Shown here one piece after another: positions 1 to 9,226 of a DNA stretch of 64,000 nucleotides (the first letter of the stretch is position 1; each line of letters begins with the position of its first letter). The stretch covers positions 4,910 to 68,909 of the forward strand of contig SVSS01000001.1 in NCBI GenBank assembly GCA_015064185.1, in the 5' to 3' direction. Below the pieces are notes generated by a model. The model ran no database searches, was not told where the DNA came from, and saw nothing but the letters and a program-made list of their open reading frames with translations. The DNA is from Oscillospiraceae bacterium. GTDB taxonomy: Bacteria > Bacillota > Clostridia > Oscillospirales > CAG-272. The position numbers were made by a program, and so were the translations under genes.

Positions 1-444
1 GATAAGGACGGCGTGCAGGCTTCGCTTATGCTTTGTGAGGCGGCAGCGTATTATAAGGCACAGGGCAAAACGCTTTGCGATGTGCTACAGGAGCTTTACG
101 CCGAGCACGGATATTATCTCGATGCACAGACCAATGTCGTGCATAAGGGTGCGGCGGGTGTTTCAAAGATCGCGGCGCTTCTTGAGACCTTGAGAAAGGA
201 CCCGCCCCGTGGCATCGGTGACATTACCGTTGTAGCGGTTGAGGATTATTTGTCCGAGGCGATGTGTCGCGCGGGATTCCCGAAATCTAACGTCCTGCGC
301 TATCTCTTGTCTGACGGTAGCTTTGTGGCAGTGCGCCCGAGCGGCACTGAGCCGAAATGCAAATACTACTACTGTGTCGTAGGAGAAACGAGCGAAAAGG
401 CGACAGAAAAGCATGCGGTACTGCGTTCTGTATTTGAAAGATAA
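1..444 (+). CDS. alpha-D-phosphohexomutase family protein (phosphoglucomutase/phosphomannomutase), C-terminal part; the 5' end lies outside the window
   Basis: The reading frame is open from base 1. The C-terminal domain motif RPSGTEPKCKYYY is typical of PGM/PMM domain IV. The ORF-track GTG at 13 is only the first in-frame start-like codon. Confidence 0.8.
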   Translation, partial: DKDGVQASLMLCEAAAYYKAQGKTLCDVLQELYAEHGYYLDAQTNVVHKGAAGVSKIAALLETLRKDPPRGIGDITVVAVEDYLSEAMCRAGFPKSNVLRYLLSDGSFVAVRPSGTEPKCKYYYCVVGETSEKATEKHAVLRSVFER

Positions 445-534
445 GAAAAATATAAGCAGTTTCACGAATTATTGTGCAAAAATGGCGTGAAAATGTGCAA
501 TTTGCAAAAAAATGATGAATTTTTCACAAAGCCC

Positions 535-563
535 TTGTCAAGATGTAAAAAATAGGGTAAAAT
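535..563 (+). promoter_or_regulatory. candidate sigma-A promoter for gap (TTGTCA-17-TAAAAT)
   Basis: TTGTCA lies at 535-540 and TAAAAT at 558-563, with a 17-nt spacer. The site is about 70 nt upstream of the gap start. Confidence 0.5.
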
Positions 564-635
564 GTACAGTGGTTCCAAATGCGGATAGTCGAAAGGCTAT
601 CACGAAAAATCAAAACAAAACGGAGGATTTTTACA

Positions 636-1664
636 ATGTCTGTAAAAGTTGCTATTAACGGCTTTGGCCGTATCGGACGCCTTGCGTTCCGTCAGATGTT
701 CGCGGCAGAAGGTTATGAGGTTGTTGCTATCAATGACCTGACCAGCCCCGCAATGCTTGCTCACCTTCTCAAGTACGACACCGCTCAGGGTCCCTACTGC
801 GGTAAGATGGGTGAGGGCCTTCACACGGTTGAGGCTACCGACAATTCTATCATCGTTGACGGCAAGGAGATCATGATCTACGCTGAGAAGAACGCTGCTG
901 ACTGCCCTTGGGGTAAGCTTGACGTTGACGTAGTGCTCGAGTGCACCGGCTTCTACACCTCTAAGGAGAAGTCCATGGCTCACATTCAGGCAGGCGCTAA
1001 GAAGGTTGTTATCTCTGCTCCCGCAGGCAACGATCTTAAGACCATCGTTTACAATGTAAACCACAACACTCTCACTGCTGATGACCAGGTTATCTCTGCT
1101 GCATCCTGCACCACCAACTGCTTGGCTCCCATGGCTAAGGCTCTGAACGATTACGCTGCTATCCAGTCCGGTATCATGACCACTGTTCATGCATACACCG
1201 GTGACCAGATGATCCTTGACGGTCCTCAGCGCAAGGGCGACCTTCGCCGTGCACGTGCAGGCGCACAGAACATCGTTCCCAACTCTACCGGCGCTGCTAA
1301 GGCAATCGGTCTTGTTATTCCCGAGCTCAACGGCAAGCTGATCGGCTCCGCTCAGCGCGTTCCCACCTGCACCGGCTCCACCACTATTCTGGTTGCTGTT
1401 GTAAAGGGTAAGGACGTAACCAAGGAAGGCATCAACGCTGCTATGAAGGCTGCTGCTACTGAGTCCTACGGCTACAACACCGAGGAGATCGTTTCCTCCG
1501 ACATCATCGGCATGCGTTACGGCTCTTTGTTTGATGCTACCCAGACCATGGTTTCCAAGATCGACGACGAGACCTACCAGGTTCAGGTTGTTTCTTGGTA
1601 CGACAATGAGAACAGCTACACCAGCCAGATGGTTCGCACCATTAAGTATTTCGCTGAGATCTAA
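636..1664 (+). CDS. gap: glyceraldehyde-3-phosphate dehydrogenase (type I)
   Basis: [18 protein letters not shown]-binding N-terminus and SCTTNCLAP active-site motif. GGAGG at 622-626 precedes the ATG at 636. The ORF-track start at 579 is an upstream extension. Confidence 0.95.
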   Translation: MSVKVAINGFGRIGRLAFRQMFAAEGYEVVAINDLTSPAMLAHLLKYDTAQGPYCGKMGEGLHTVEATDNSIIVDGKEIMIYAEKNAADCPWGKLDVDVVLECTGFYTSKEKSMAHIQAGAKKVVISAPAGNDLKTIVYNVNHNTLTADDQVISAASCTTNCLAPMAKALNDYAAIQSGIMTTVHAYTGDQMILDGPQRKGDLRRARAGAQNIVPNSTGAAKAIGLVIPELNGKLIGSAQRVPTCTGSTTILVAVVKGKDVTKEGINAAMKAAATESYGYNTEEIVSSDIIGMRYGSLFDATQTMVSKIDDETYQVQVVSWYDNENSYTSQMVRTIKYFAEI

Positions 1665-1683
1665 TCTTAGCTTTCAAAAAGAG

Positions 1684-1713
1684 GCACGCGGCTTATGCCG
1701 CGTGCTTTTTTTT
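1684..1713 (+). terminator. rho-independent terminator after gap
   Basis: Stem GCACGCGGC (1684-1692) pairs with GCCGCGTGC (1697-1705) around a 4-nt loop, followed by a run of 8 T. Confidence 0.8.
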
Positions 1714-1789
1714 GTTTCCCCGGTATTTAGCATGTTTTTGTCACACAACTTATATCGACAAAAAATATACTGAATATTGGAGGTGCAAG

Positions 1790-2593
1790 ATGGATGCTAT
1801 TGTATTAATGGCGCTGATTGCAACACTCGGCACGTGGCTGGTAACAGCCCTTGGTGCTGCAACGGTTGTCTTTTTTAAGTCCCCCAATCCAAGGGCATTA
1901 AACCTTATGCTTGGATTTGCCTCCGGTGTCATGATCGCCGCTAGCTTTTGGTCGCTTTTGCAGCCTGCCATCGCGCGCGCAGAAGCTGCATCAAAGCTGC
2001 CTGCTTATGTTGTGGCAACAGCGGGCTTTTTGTTTGGCGCGATCTTTATGTGGGGAAGCGATAAGGTCGTAACTCTCACGCAAAGAAAGGTAAGTAATAC
2101 GGGGGAGGGGGAAGCTACGCGTGTTGGTAGGGTCATGATGTTGATCTTATCGATCACGCTTCATAATATACCCGAGGGGCTTGCTGTCGGTGTTGCGTTT
2201 GGTGTGCTGCAAAAAAGCGGTGTTACCACAGAGGGGCTTATGGGCGCCGTTACCATTGCCATTGGTATCGGTTTGCAAAACTTTCCTGAGGGGGCGGCAG
2301 TTTCCGTTCCGCTGCGCAGAGAGGGCTATTCGAGAAAAAAGAGCTTTTTTTGCGGGCAGGCATCGGGTATGGTAGAGCCGATAGCCGGTGTGATCGGCGC
2401 GTTGCTGGTCGTTTATGTTGAAGCGATCCTGCCGTGGGCACTAGCCTTTGCTGCGGGCGCTATGATATTGGTTGCCGTGCACGAGTTGATTCCTGAATGT
2501 CAAAAAAACAATGAGGCGCAGCCTTATTTTGCTACCATGGGGATCGTGCTTGGGTTTGCCGTTATGATGCTGCTTGATGTGATGCTGGGGTAA
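1790..2593 (+). CDS. ZIP family metal (zinc) transporter
   Basis: Multi-pass membrane protein with the ZIP signature region HNIPEGLAVG and a second QNFPEGAAVS repeat. GGAGG at 1778-1782 precedes the ATG at 1790. Confidence 0.85.
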   Translation: MDAIVLMALIATLGTWLVTALGAATVVFFKSPNPRALNLMLGFASGVMIAASFWSLLQPAIARAEAASKLPAYVVATAGFLFGAIFMWGSDKVVTLTQRKVSNTGEGEATRVGRVMMLILSITLHNIPEGLAVGVAFGVLQKSGVTTEGLMGAVTIAIGIGLQNFPEGAAVSVPLRREGYSRKKSFFCGQASGMVEPIAGVIGALLVVYVEAILPWALAFAAGAMILVAVHELIPECQKNNEAQPYFATMGIVLGFAVMMLLDVMLG

Positions 2594-2598
2594 TAAAT

Positions 2599-2647
2599 AA
2601 CGAGCCTTGATCTGTTCCCGTAAGGGCAGAGCAAGGCTCGTTTGCTT
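2599..2647. terminator. hairpin terminator between convergent ZIP and HTH-glmM genes
   Basis: CGAGCCTTG (2601-2609) pairs with CAAGGCTCG (2632-2640), with an inner stem, followed by TTTGCTT. It sits between two convergent 3' ends. Confidence 0.55.
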
Positions 2648-2682
2648 GTATTGCTTCTTCTGCATAGAAGTAAGAGAGTGGA

Positions 2683-4290
2683 TTACTCTGTGCAATGACC
2701 TCTTTCCTTGATCACTGCGGCAATGCTGTCGGCATATTGGTGACACTTTTCCATGGTTTCTGCCTCTATCATAATGCGTACAAGCGGCTCAGTGCCACTG
2801 CTACGAAGCAGAACTCTTCCTTTTTTGTTGATCTGCTTTTCAACAGCCGCCACCTGTCTCTGCACAAAGGTATCCTCAATGGCAGCCGTTTTATCCTTGA
2901 CACAAAGATTTTCTAAAAGTTGGGGGTAAAGCACCACGGGCTCAGCCAACTTTGATAAGGGGCTTTTTGTGTCGCAGACCTGCTCTGTCAACATGATCGC
3001 GGTGAGAAGTCCGTCGCCCGTTGTGGCATATTTTTTGAGTATAATATGCCCCGAGCTCTCTCCACCGAGCGAATAGTCGTTTTTCTGCATACATTCATAT
3101 ACAAAGCGGTCGCCCACCTTGGTCTGCACACATTTGATGCCTGCTGCGGTAAGGCTTTCCAAAAAGCCGCTGTTAGACATAACGGTGGCGACAAGTGTAT
3201 CGTTGTTCAGCATACCCCTTGATTGCAAACGCTGCCCGAGGATATAGAGCATCTTATCACCGTCAATAACAGTGCCGTTTTCATCAACAGCAATACAGCG
3301 GTCGGCATCACCGTCAAAGGCGAATCCCATGTCCAAATGATTGTCCTTTACAAGCTTGCAAAGTGCCTCAATGTGTGTTGACCCACAATTCTCGTTGACA
3401 TTGAGTCCATTAGGATCCGCGCCGATCACAAGGGTCTTAGCACCAAGTGCACTGAACACCGCTTTGGCGATCGCCCAAGAGGAGCCGTTTGCGCAGTCAA
3501 GACCGATCTTTAGATTTTTATAGGAGTGTGATGCCAAGGAAATGAGATATGCAATGTAACGGTTTCTGCCCGAGGCATAGTCAACGATGCAGCCGATCTT
3601 GCTTCTTGTGGCAAAGGGGATATCTGTGCCGATGACCCCGAGTGCGTTGAGGTTTCCGTCAAGATATGCTTCGATCAGCGCTGTGACATCGTCTTCCAAT
3701 TTTTCTCCGTAACGATTGACGATCTTGATCCCGTTATCAAAAAAGGGATTGTGTGATGCGGTGATCATGATACCGCAGTCAAATTCGTCACATCTGGTTA
3801 CATAGGAAACGCTTGGCGTTGTGGTAACGTGCAACATATAAGCATCAGCGCCCGAGGCGGTGATGCCTGCGACGATGGAATACTCCAGCATATAGCTTGA
3901 GCGCCTGGTATCCTTACCGATCACAATGCGTGCTCTGCTTCCAACGCAGTGTTCCTTTTGCGAGTAATACCACCCAAGAAAACGCCCTACCTTATAAGCA
4001 TGCATGGAGGTCAGGTCAACGTTGGCTTCGCCTCTGAAGCCGTCTGTGCCAAAGTATTTATTTTGCGTGCTTCCGGTCTTTGGCTTTACGGCAACACCTT
4101 CAAGCAAAAGCTCATCGGTTGAGATGTTAAAGTACGCCGCAATCTGCACGATTTTTTCGCATTGCGGTGTGGCTTGATTCATTTCCCATTTGGAAATCGA
4201 TTGCCTTGAAACAAGCAGTGCATCGGCAAGCTGTTCTTGAGAAACGCCTGCACCTGCACGCAGCTTTGTGATTTTTTCTCCGATCGTCAT
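2683..4290 (-). CDS. glmM: XRE-family HTH domain fused to phosphoglucosamine mutase
   Basis: Residues 1-63 (ITKLRAGAGVSQEQLADALLVSRQSISKWEMNQATP...STDELL) form an HTH_3/XRE fold. From KYFGTDGFRG onward it is a full GlmM with the active-site serine loop TASHNPFFDNGIK and a C-terminal RSSGTEPLVRIM. It is a single uninterrupted 535-aa ORF. Confidence 0.85.
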   Translation of the reverse strand: MTIGEKITKLRAGAGVSQEQLADALLVSRQSISKWEMNQATPQCEKIVQIAAYFNISTDELLLEGVAVKPKTGSTQNKYFGTDGFRGEANVDLTSMHAYKVGRFLGWYYSQKEHCVGSRARIVIGKDTRRSSYMLEYSIVAGITASGADAYMLHVTTTPSVSYVTRCDEFDCGIMITASHNPFFDNGIKIVNRYGEKLEDDVTALIEAYLDGNLNALGVIGTDIPFATRSKIGCIVDYASGRNRYIAYLISLASHSYKNLKIGLDCANGSSWAIAKAVFSALGAKTLVIGADPNGLNVNENCGSTHIEALCKLVKDNHLDMGFAFDGDADRCIAVDENGTVIDGDKMLYILGQRLQSRGMLNNDTLVATVMSNSGFLESLTAAGIKCVQTKVGDRFVYECMQKNDYSLGGESSGHIILKKYATTGDGLLTAIMLTEQVCDTKSPLSKLAEPVVLYPQLLENLCVKDKTAAIEDTFVQRQVAAVEKQINKKGRVLLRSSGTEPLVRIMIEAETMEKCHQYADSIAAVIKERGHCTE

Positions 4291-4542
4291 ATTACAATCC
4301 TCGACATTTTTTTATTAATAAGCCTATTATAACAAACTTCAAGGATAAAATCAAGCAACTTTAAATGGAAAACTGTGCAACTATTGGTTGCGATATAGGT
4401 AAAAATCTTTAAAAAATTGCAAAAATAGAAGAAAATAGGTCAAAAACGTAAATTTTATTTGTCAACTTTGGCTTGCGTGTGTTACTTGTCTCAGTATGTG
4501 CTTGCCGTGCGTGGGATATACTAATTGCGGTGGTGATGAAAT

Positions 4543-5862
4543 ATGAAACAAGAATCCATTTTTTTGTCAAGCGTTAAGATGCCGCAATTTGAAGGCTTGC
4601 GAGAGGATACCAAGGCTGATGTAGTGGTCATTGGTGGCGGTATCGTAGGCATACTCACAGCACGGCTGCTGTGCGATGCGGGCTATGATGTGTTGCTTCT
4701 TGAGGCAGATCGCCTTTGCAGCGGGCAAACGGGAAATACGACCGCAAAGATCACGGTGCAGCATGGGTTTTGCTATGCGGATATTGCCAAGCGGTACGGA
4801 AATGGTGGCGCGGCGATCTTTGCCGAGGCAAACCGTCAAGCACTCGATCGTTACCGTGACATGGCAAGGGGTGTGGATTGCAGCTTTGAAACGCGTGACT
4901 TTTATGCGTATGAGAAAAAGGATGCGCGCGCCTTGGAGCGTGAGCTGGAGGTGCTTTGTGCCATCGGTATGAAGGCAAGCTGGGAGCTGCCGCAGGAGTT
5001 GCCATTTCCGACCGTGGGAGCTATTCGCGTGCCGGGGCAAGCGCAATTTCATCCTGTGCGCTTTCTTGCGGCACAGCTTGGCGGGATACGCATTTGTGAA
5101 AATACACCTGTTGTGGGGCTTTTTGCAGGTGGGGCTGTGACGGCAGACGGGAAAACCGTGAGGGCAAAGCACACGGTGGTGGCAACACACTTTCCGTTTT
5201 TGCGGTGGCGGGGTGGATACCCTTTTAAAATGTATCAAAGTCGCTCTTACGTGTTGGCACTTGAAAATGCACCCTTGCCACGCGGTATGTGGGCAGACGG
5301 TGCAGGAAAAGGTGTTTCCATTAGAAGCTTTGACGGCTATCTGCTGCTCGGGGGCGGCACGCATCGCACAGGTACGGGCGGTGGCGGCTACGGCGTTTTA
5401 GAGGAGTTTGCTGCCGCACGTTATCCCGGTGCCAATATTGTTGCGCGATTTGCGGCGCAGGATTGTATGACGCTTGACGGCATGCCCTATATTGGCGCCT
5501 ATGCCAAGGGTCTGCAAAATGTATATGTGGCAACGGGCTTTGGCAAGTGGGGTATGACCTCGGCAATGCTTTCTGCGATGATTTTGACTGATTTGATACA
5601 CGGAAAAAGCAATCCGTATTCCGCTTTCTTTGCGCCATCGCGCCAAATACCGCCACTGCGCTTTTTGCGCGAAACGGGTGCGGTGCTAAAGCACTATTTG
5701 CGCCCCACAGTACCGCGCTGTGGGCATCTTGGGTGTGCGCTTCGCTATAATAAGCAGGAGCACAGCTGGGATTGCCCGTGTCACGGATCGCGCTTTACAC
5801 CGGAAGGCAAGCTGCTGGATGCACCCGCCGTGCACGATCTAAAAAAAGCCCCACGCAAATAA
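4543..5862 (+). CDS. FAD-dependent oxidoreductase with C-terminal Rieske [2Fe-2S] domain
   Basis: N-terminal dinucleotide-binding motif VVVIGGGIVG. C-terminal CGHLGC...CPCHGSRF Rieske ligand pattern. Confidence 0.8.
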   Translation: MKQESIFLSSVKMPQFEGLREDTKADVVVIGGGIVGILTARLLCDAGYDVLLLEADRLCSGQTGNTTAKITVQHGFCYADIAKRYGNGGAAIFAEANRQALDRYRDMARGVDCSFETRDFYAYEKKDARALERELEVLCAIGMKASWELPQELPFPTVGAIRVPGQAQFHPVRFLAAQLGGIRICENTPVVGLFAGGAVTADGKTVRAKHTVVATHFPFLRWRGGYPFKMYQSRSYVLALENAPLPRGMWADGAGKGVSIRSFDGYLLLGGGTHRTGTGGGGYGVLEEFAAARYPGANIVARFAAQDCMTLDGMPYIGAYAKGLQNVYVATGFGKWGMTSAMLSAMILTDLIHGKSNPYSAFFAPSRQIPPLRFLRETGAVLKHYLRPTVPRCGHLGCALRYNKQEHSWDCPCHGSRFTPEGKLLDAPAVHDLKKAPRK

Positions 5863-5903
5863 AAAAACACGCCGCACCATTGGGTGCGGCGTAAGCTGTT
5901 TTT
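5861..5903. terminator. bidirectional terminator shared by the convergent FAD/Rieske and LOG genes
   Basis: 10-bp stem ACGCCGCACC (5869-5878) pairs with GGTGCGGCGT (5883-5892). An A-run lies on one side and a T-run on the other. Confidence 0.7.
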
Positions 5904-5908
5904 ACATA

Positions 5909-6460
5909 TTAGACCTGTGTCGCGCGCGGCTTTTCGATCGCCTTAAATACCGATTCGGGCGTTTCGCAAATGCAAAAATCATTTGCGACTTCAGGGGAAA
6001 CAAAGGATTTCAGAATATACGCGCCGATCACACCAAGCAGGCTATCCCAATAGCCGTTGATGTTATACAGCACAATGGGCTTATCGTGTCTGCCAAGGAT
6101 CTTGAGAGTCAGGATCTGGAAGAATTCATCAAGTGTGCCAAGACCGCCGGGCGTAATGATAAAGGCATCTGCCTTTTCCTCCATAATGGTCTTGCGCTCT
6201 GCCATCGTTTCGGTGGCGATCAGCTCTGTGCAAAGCGTGCTAACAGGCTCAAGCGTGTGCATAAAATGCGGCGTAACGCCGATGATATTGCCGCCTGCCT
6301 CGTGCATACCTCTTGCGGCTGCGCCCATAAGGCCTGTTGAGCCTGCACCAAAAACCATGGTGTGTCCGCGCTTTGCAATGGCGCGCCCTAATGCCTCAAC
6401 ACCGTCAATATATGCGCGATCAATGCGATCGCTGGCAGAACCGTAAAGTGTAATATTCAT
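5909..6460 (-). CDS. LOG family protein (TIGR00730, cytokinin riboside 5'-monophosphate phosphoribohydrolase-like)
   Basis: Motifs GAGSTGLMG and PGGLGTLDE, and a length of about 183 aa. Confidence 0.85.
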   Translation of the reverse strand: MNITLYGSASDRIDRAYIDGVEALGRAIAKRGHTMVFGAGSTGLMGAAARGMHEAGGNIIGVTPHFMHTLEPVSTLCTELIATETMAERKTIMEEKADAFIITPGGLGTLDEFFQILTLKILGRHDKPIVLYNINGYWDSLLGVIGAYILKSFVSPEVANDFCICETPESVFKAIEKPRATQV

Positions 6461-6525
6461 AATAGCTCCTTTCTTTTGCCAATGGTATTCAATTTAGTAT
6501 ATGAAGTAGGGATATATGTGTGTAA

Positions 6526-7245
6526 TCAGGCTTTGGCATCAAATTTTTCAGTCAACTCTTGGTGCTCCTCAAGCTTGCCGATGCGGATGAGTTCTTTTTT
6601 TCTGTCTTCTTCATTCATCCAAACATAACTGAAGCGCATTTCCTTGCCCTTGATGATACGCTTGACGTTTTGCATGTGTCGCAGCAGCATTACGACCGAA
6701 GCGATGCCAATGATCGCGGCACCCCACCAGCCGCCTGCCGCGCGCCAAAGCCAATCAAGACCGCTTACACCGAATACGCCGTAAACGATGGGGATAATGA
6801 TGACCGCAGTGATCGGTACGATGCAGATGTAATCGACCAAAAGCAGAAGTAGAATTTCTGCTGCAAGAATGAGACCAAACAGGCGCGGGTCAATGGCAAG
6901 CACAAGACCGCCAAAGCACGCGAGCCCCTTGCCACCCTTAAAGTTCATAAAGATGGGGAAAATGTGCCCGATGATGCAGGCAACGCCGGCACACTCGGCA
7001 AGATAGGGTACGTCTTTAAAAATGAGAGGGAACAGCAGCATCACGCCCGTTGCTTTTAAAATATCAAATACGCCGCTGAAAATGCCGACCCACTTGCCAA
7101 GCACAACGGTTGCATTTGAGGCGCCCGCGTTACCGGAGCCCTGTCTGCGGATATCGATCCCTTTTAAACGACCAATGATATAGGAGGGGTTGATGCTGCC
7201 TACAAGATAACTTGAAAGCACTGTTACAATGATTTTCCAGACCAT
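6526..7245 (-). CDS. plsY: glycerol-3-phosphate acyltransferase PlsY
   Basis: Membrane protein with the GSGNAGASN and FKGGKG motifs characteristic of PlsY. It has a charged C-terminal tail. Confidence 0.9.
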   Translation of the reverse strand: MVWKIIVTVLSSYLVGSINPSYIIGRLKGIDIRRQGSGNAGASNATVVLGKWVGIFSGVFDILKATGVMLLFPLIFKDVPYLAECAGVACIIGHIFPIFMNFKGGKGLACFGGLVLAIDPRLFGLILAAEILLLLLVDYICIVPITAVIIIPIVYGVFGVSGLDWLWRAAGGWWGAAIIGIASVVMLLRHMQNVKRIIKGKEMRFSYVWMNEEDRKKELIRIGKLEEHQELTEKFDAKA

Positions 7246-7398
7246 GTCGTGTCACCTCTTTAAGTGGGGAATTTTCTGTGATTGGTATTAGTATAACATA
7301 AAACCGCGAAAAATACAAGTAATGAATTTATCTATTTGCAAAAGGTGTTATTTTTATGGCGTTTATAACCGTTTTATTATATTAAAGTTATGTTTTCA

Positions 7399-7427
7399 TT
7401 GACAAAACGGGAAAAAGGGGTTATAAT
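7399..7427 (+). promoter_or_regulatory. consensus sigma-A promoter (TTGACA-17-TATAAT)
   Basis: TTGACA lies at 7399-7404 and TATAAT at 7422-7427. The spacer AAACGGGAAAAAGGGGT is nearly identical to the spacer of the prfB promoter at 61722-61750. Confidence 0.55.
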
Positions 7428-7458
7428 AAAAGCAGTAAATTACAAGGAGGTTTTTGCT

Positions 7459-7659
7459 ATGACTGTTACAAAGCAAAGCATTATTGGAGAAGTACTTGAT
7501 TTTAATCCCGCTACGGCTCAGTTTTTCTTTGAGATCGGCATGCATTGTCTTGGTTGTCCCTCTGCACGTGGCGAGAGCATCGAGGATGCTTGCATGGTGC
7601 ACGGCACCGATGCGGATGCACTTGTGAAAAAGCTGAACGAATTTTTGTCGGCACAATAA
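7459..7659 (+). CDS. DUF1858 / hybrid-cluster-protein-associated redox disulfide domain protein
   Basis: The GMHCLGCP motif and the small size are typical of the family. AAGGAGG at 7444-7450 precedes the ATG at 7459. Confidence 0.8.
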   Translation: MTVTKQSIIGEVLDFNPATAQFFFEIGMHCLGCPSARGESIEDACMVHGTDADALVKKLNEFLSAQ

Positions 7660-7701
7660 CAGCCCGACTTCAAAAAGGACTTGTTTTTGGTTGTAAACGA
7701 A

Positions 7702-7742
7702 AGGGGCTGTCTCAAATTACGGTTTGAGGCATCCCCTTTTTT
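7702..7742 (+). terminator. rho-independent terminator
   Basis: Stem of about 14 bp, AGGGGCTGTCTCAAA pairing with TTTGAGGCATCCCCT, followed by TTTTTT. Confidence 0.75.
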
Positions 7743-7760
7743 CAAAATGAGGGGTATATT

Positions 7761-8528
7761 ATGACGGTAGAAGAACTGTATCGTTTTTTAGAAGATAAAT
7801 TTCCGCGTGCGCTTTCGGCAGAATGGGATAATGATGGGCTTTGCTGTGCACCCTCACCCGCCAAAGAGGTGAAGCGTGTGCTGGTTGCGCTTGATCCTAC
7901 CGCTGCGGTAGTAGAGGCGGCTGTGCGCGGCGGATATGATGTATTGCTTACCCACCATCCGTTGCTATTTCGTGGCATCAAAGCGCTTGTGCCAACGCAT
8001 GCCGTGCCCGCAAAGCTGCTGCGCCTTGCCTGTGCCGGTGTTTCGGCGATGTCCTTTCACACAAGGCTGGATGCGGTAAGCGGCGGCGTAAATGATATTT
8101 TAGCCGCTAAGCTGGGGCTTGCCCACGTGCAGCCCTTTGCGCCCGAGGGCGAGGTGCCCTGCGGAAGAATAGGTGTGTTGAAGGCTCCCATGGATGCCAA
8201 TGCCTTTGCGCAATTGGCCAAGGACGCGTTGGGTGCCCCTGCGGTGCTGCTTGCGGGCGAGGGCACGGTGCAAAAAATTGCAGTGTGCGGTGGCGAAGGC
8301 GGCGATTTTGTTGAGGCGGCAAGGGCGGCAGGTGCGGATCTCTTTCTTTCGGGGCGCATCGGCTACCACCGCATGCTTGACGCACCCGAGGAGGGGCTTG
8401 CGATGATCGAGGCAGGGCATTATGCAACCGAGTTTCCGATCTGCGCCTATCTTGCAGATACGGTGCTTGAGGCGGATCCTGCTATTGTGGTAGACATTAT
8501 GCCCACTACCGCCCTACATACTCTATAA
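7761..8528 (+). CDS. Nif3-like dinuclear metal center protein (YqfO/YbgI family)
   Basis: The LLTHHPLLF motif and the C-terminal GHYATE motif are typical of NIF3. Confidence 0.85.
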   Translation: MTVEELYRFLEDKFPRALSAEWDNDGLCCAPSPAKEVKRVLVALDPTAAVVEAAVRGGYDVLLTHHPLLFRGIKALVPTHAVPAKLLRLACAGVSAMSFHTRLDAVSGGVNDILAAKLGLAHVQPFAPEGEVPCGRIGVLKAPMDANAFAQLAKDALGAPAVLLAGEGTVQKIAVCGGEGGDFVEAARAAGADLFLSGRIGYHRMLDAPEEGLAMIEAGHYATEFPICAYLADTVLEADPAIVVDIMPTTALHTL

Positions 8529-8560
8529 CGGTATGATTTTTTGCAAAAAAGGAGATAACT

Positions 8561-9226
8561 ATGACTTACGTGGTCGCCAATTTGCACGGTGCGCTTGATA
8601 AATATCAAGCCCTGCTTCAAAAGATCAGATTTTCTAAGAACGATATTCTTTATGTGCTTGGGGATACCGCCGATTACGGTGAGGATGCTGTGGCGTTGCT
8701 TACCGAGCTCAGCATGTGCGAAAATGTGTATCCCGTGGCAGGTGAGCATGACTTTTTGGCGCTACGTATGCTTTCGGGCTTTGATCGGATGCTAAAGAGC
8801 GGTAGCATGCCCGATGCTGATTTTGCTGCTGAAATGACGGCATGGAGCCGTGAGGGCGGCGCCGCTACGCTTGAGGGCTTCCGCGCACTTGATAACGATA
8901 TGCGTGAGGGGCTTCTTGACTATCTGTCGGATTTTGCGCTGTATGAGGAGGTTGAAGCAGGCGGCAAGGATTACGTGCTGGTGCATGCGGGCATCGATTG
9001 CTTTGATCCTGAAAAGCCGCTTGACGAATATGAGCCTGAAAACTTTTTTGTCACCCCTAGTGAGGAAGCTTACTACGAGGACCGTGTAGTGATCATAGGA
9101 CACACACCCACCAAAAGCGGCAGTATTGAAAAAGAGGGCAATATCATTCGTATTGATTGCGGCATCAAGGATGGCGGCAAGCTTGGCTGTCTTTGTCTTG
9201 AAACGGGTGAGGAGTTTTATATTTAA
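8561..9226 (+). CDS. metallophosphoesterase (Ser/Thr phosphatase / ApaH-like family)
   Basis: Calcineurin-like motifs GDTADYG, GEHD, VHAG and GHTP appear in the canonical order. Confidence 0.75.
   Translation: MTYVVANLHGALDKYQALLQKIRFSKNDILYVLGDTADYGEDAVALLTELSMCENVYPVAGEHDFLALRMLSGFDRMLKSGSMPDADFAAEMTAWSREGGAATLEGFRALDNDMREGLLDYLSDFALYEEVEAGGKDYVLVHAGIDCFDPEKPLDEYEPENFFVTPSEEAYYEDRVVIIGHTPTKSGSIEKEGNIIRIDCGIKDGGKLGCLCLETGEEFYI

Noticed and set aside
513-529. A Rex-like inverted repeat, TGATGAA-TTT-TTCACAA, just upstream of the gap promoter.
   Set aside because: The right half-site is perfect. The left half has two mismatches, and the spacing is one base shorter than the TTGTGAA-N4-TTCACAA consensus. 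That is too weak to call without a PWM or comparative support.
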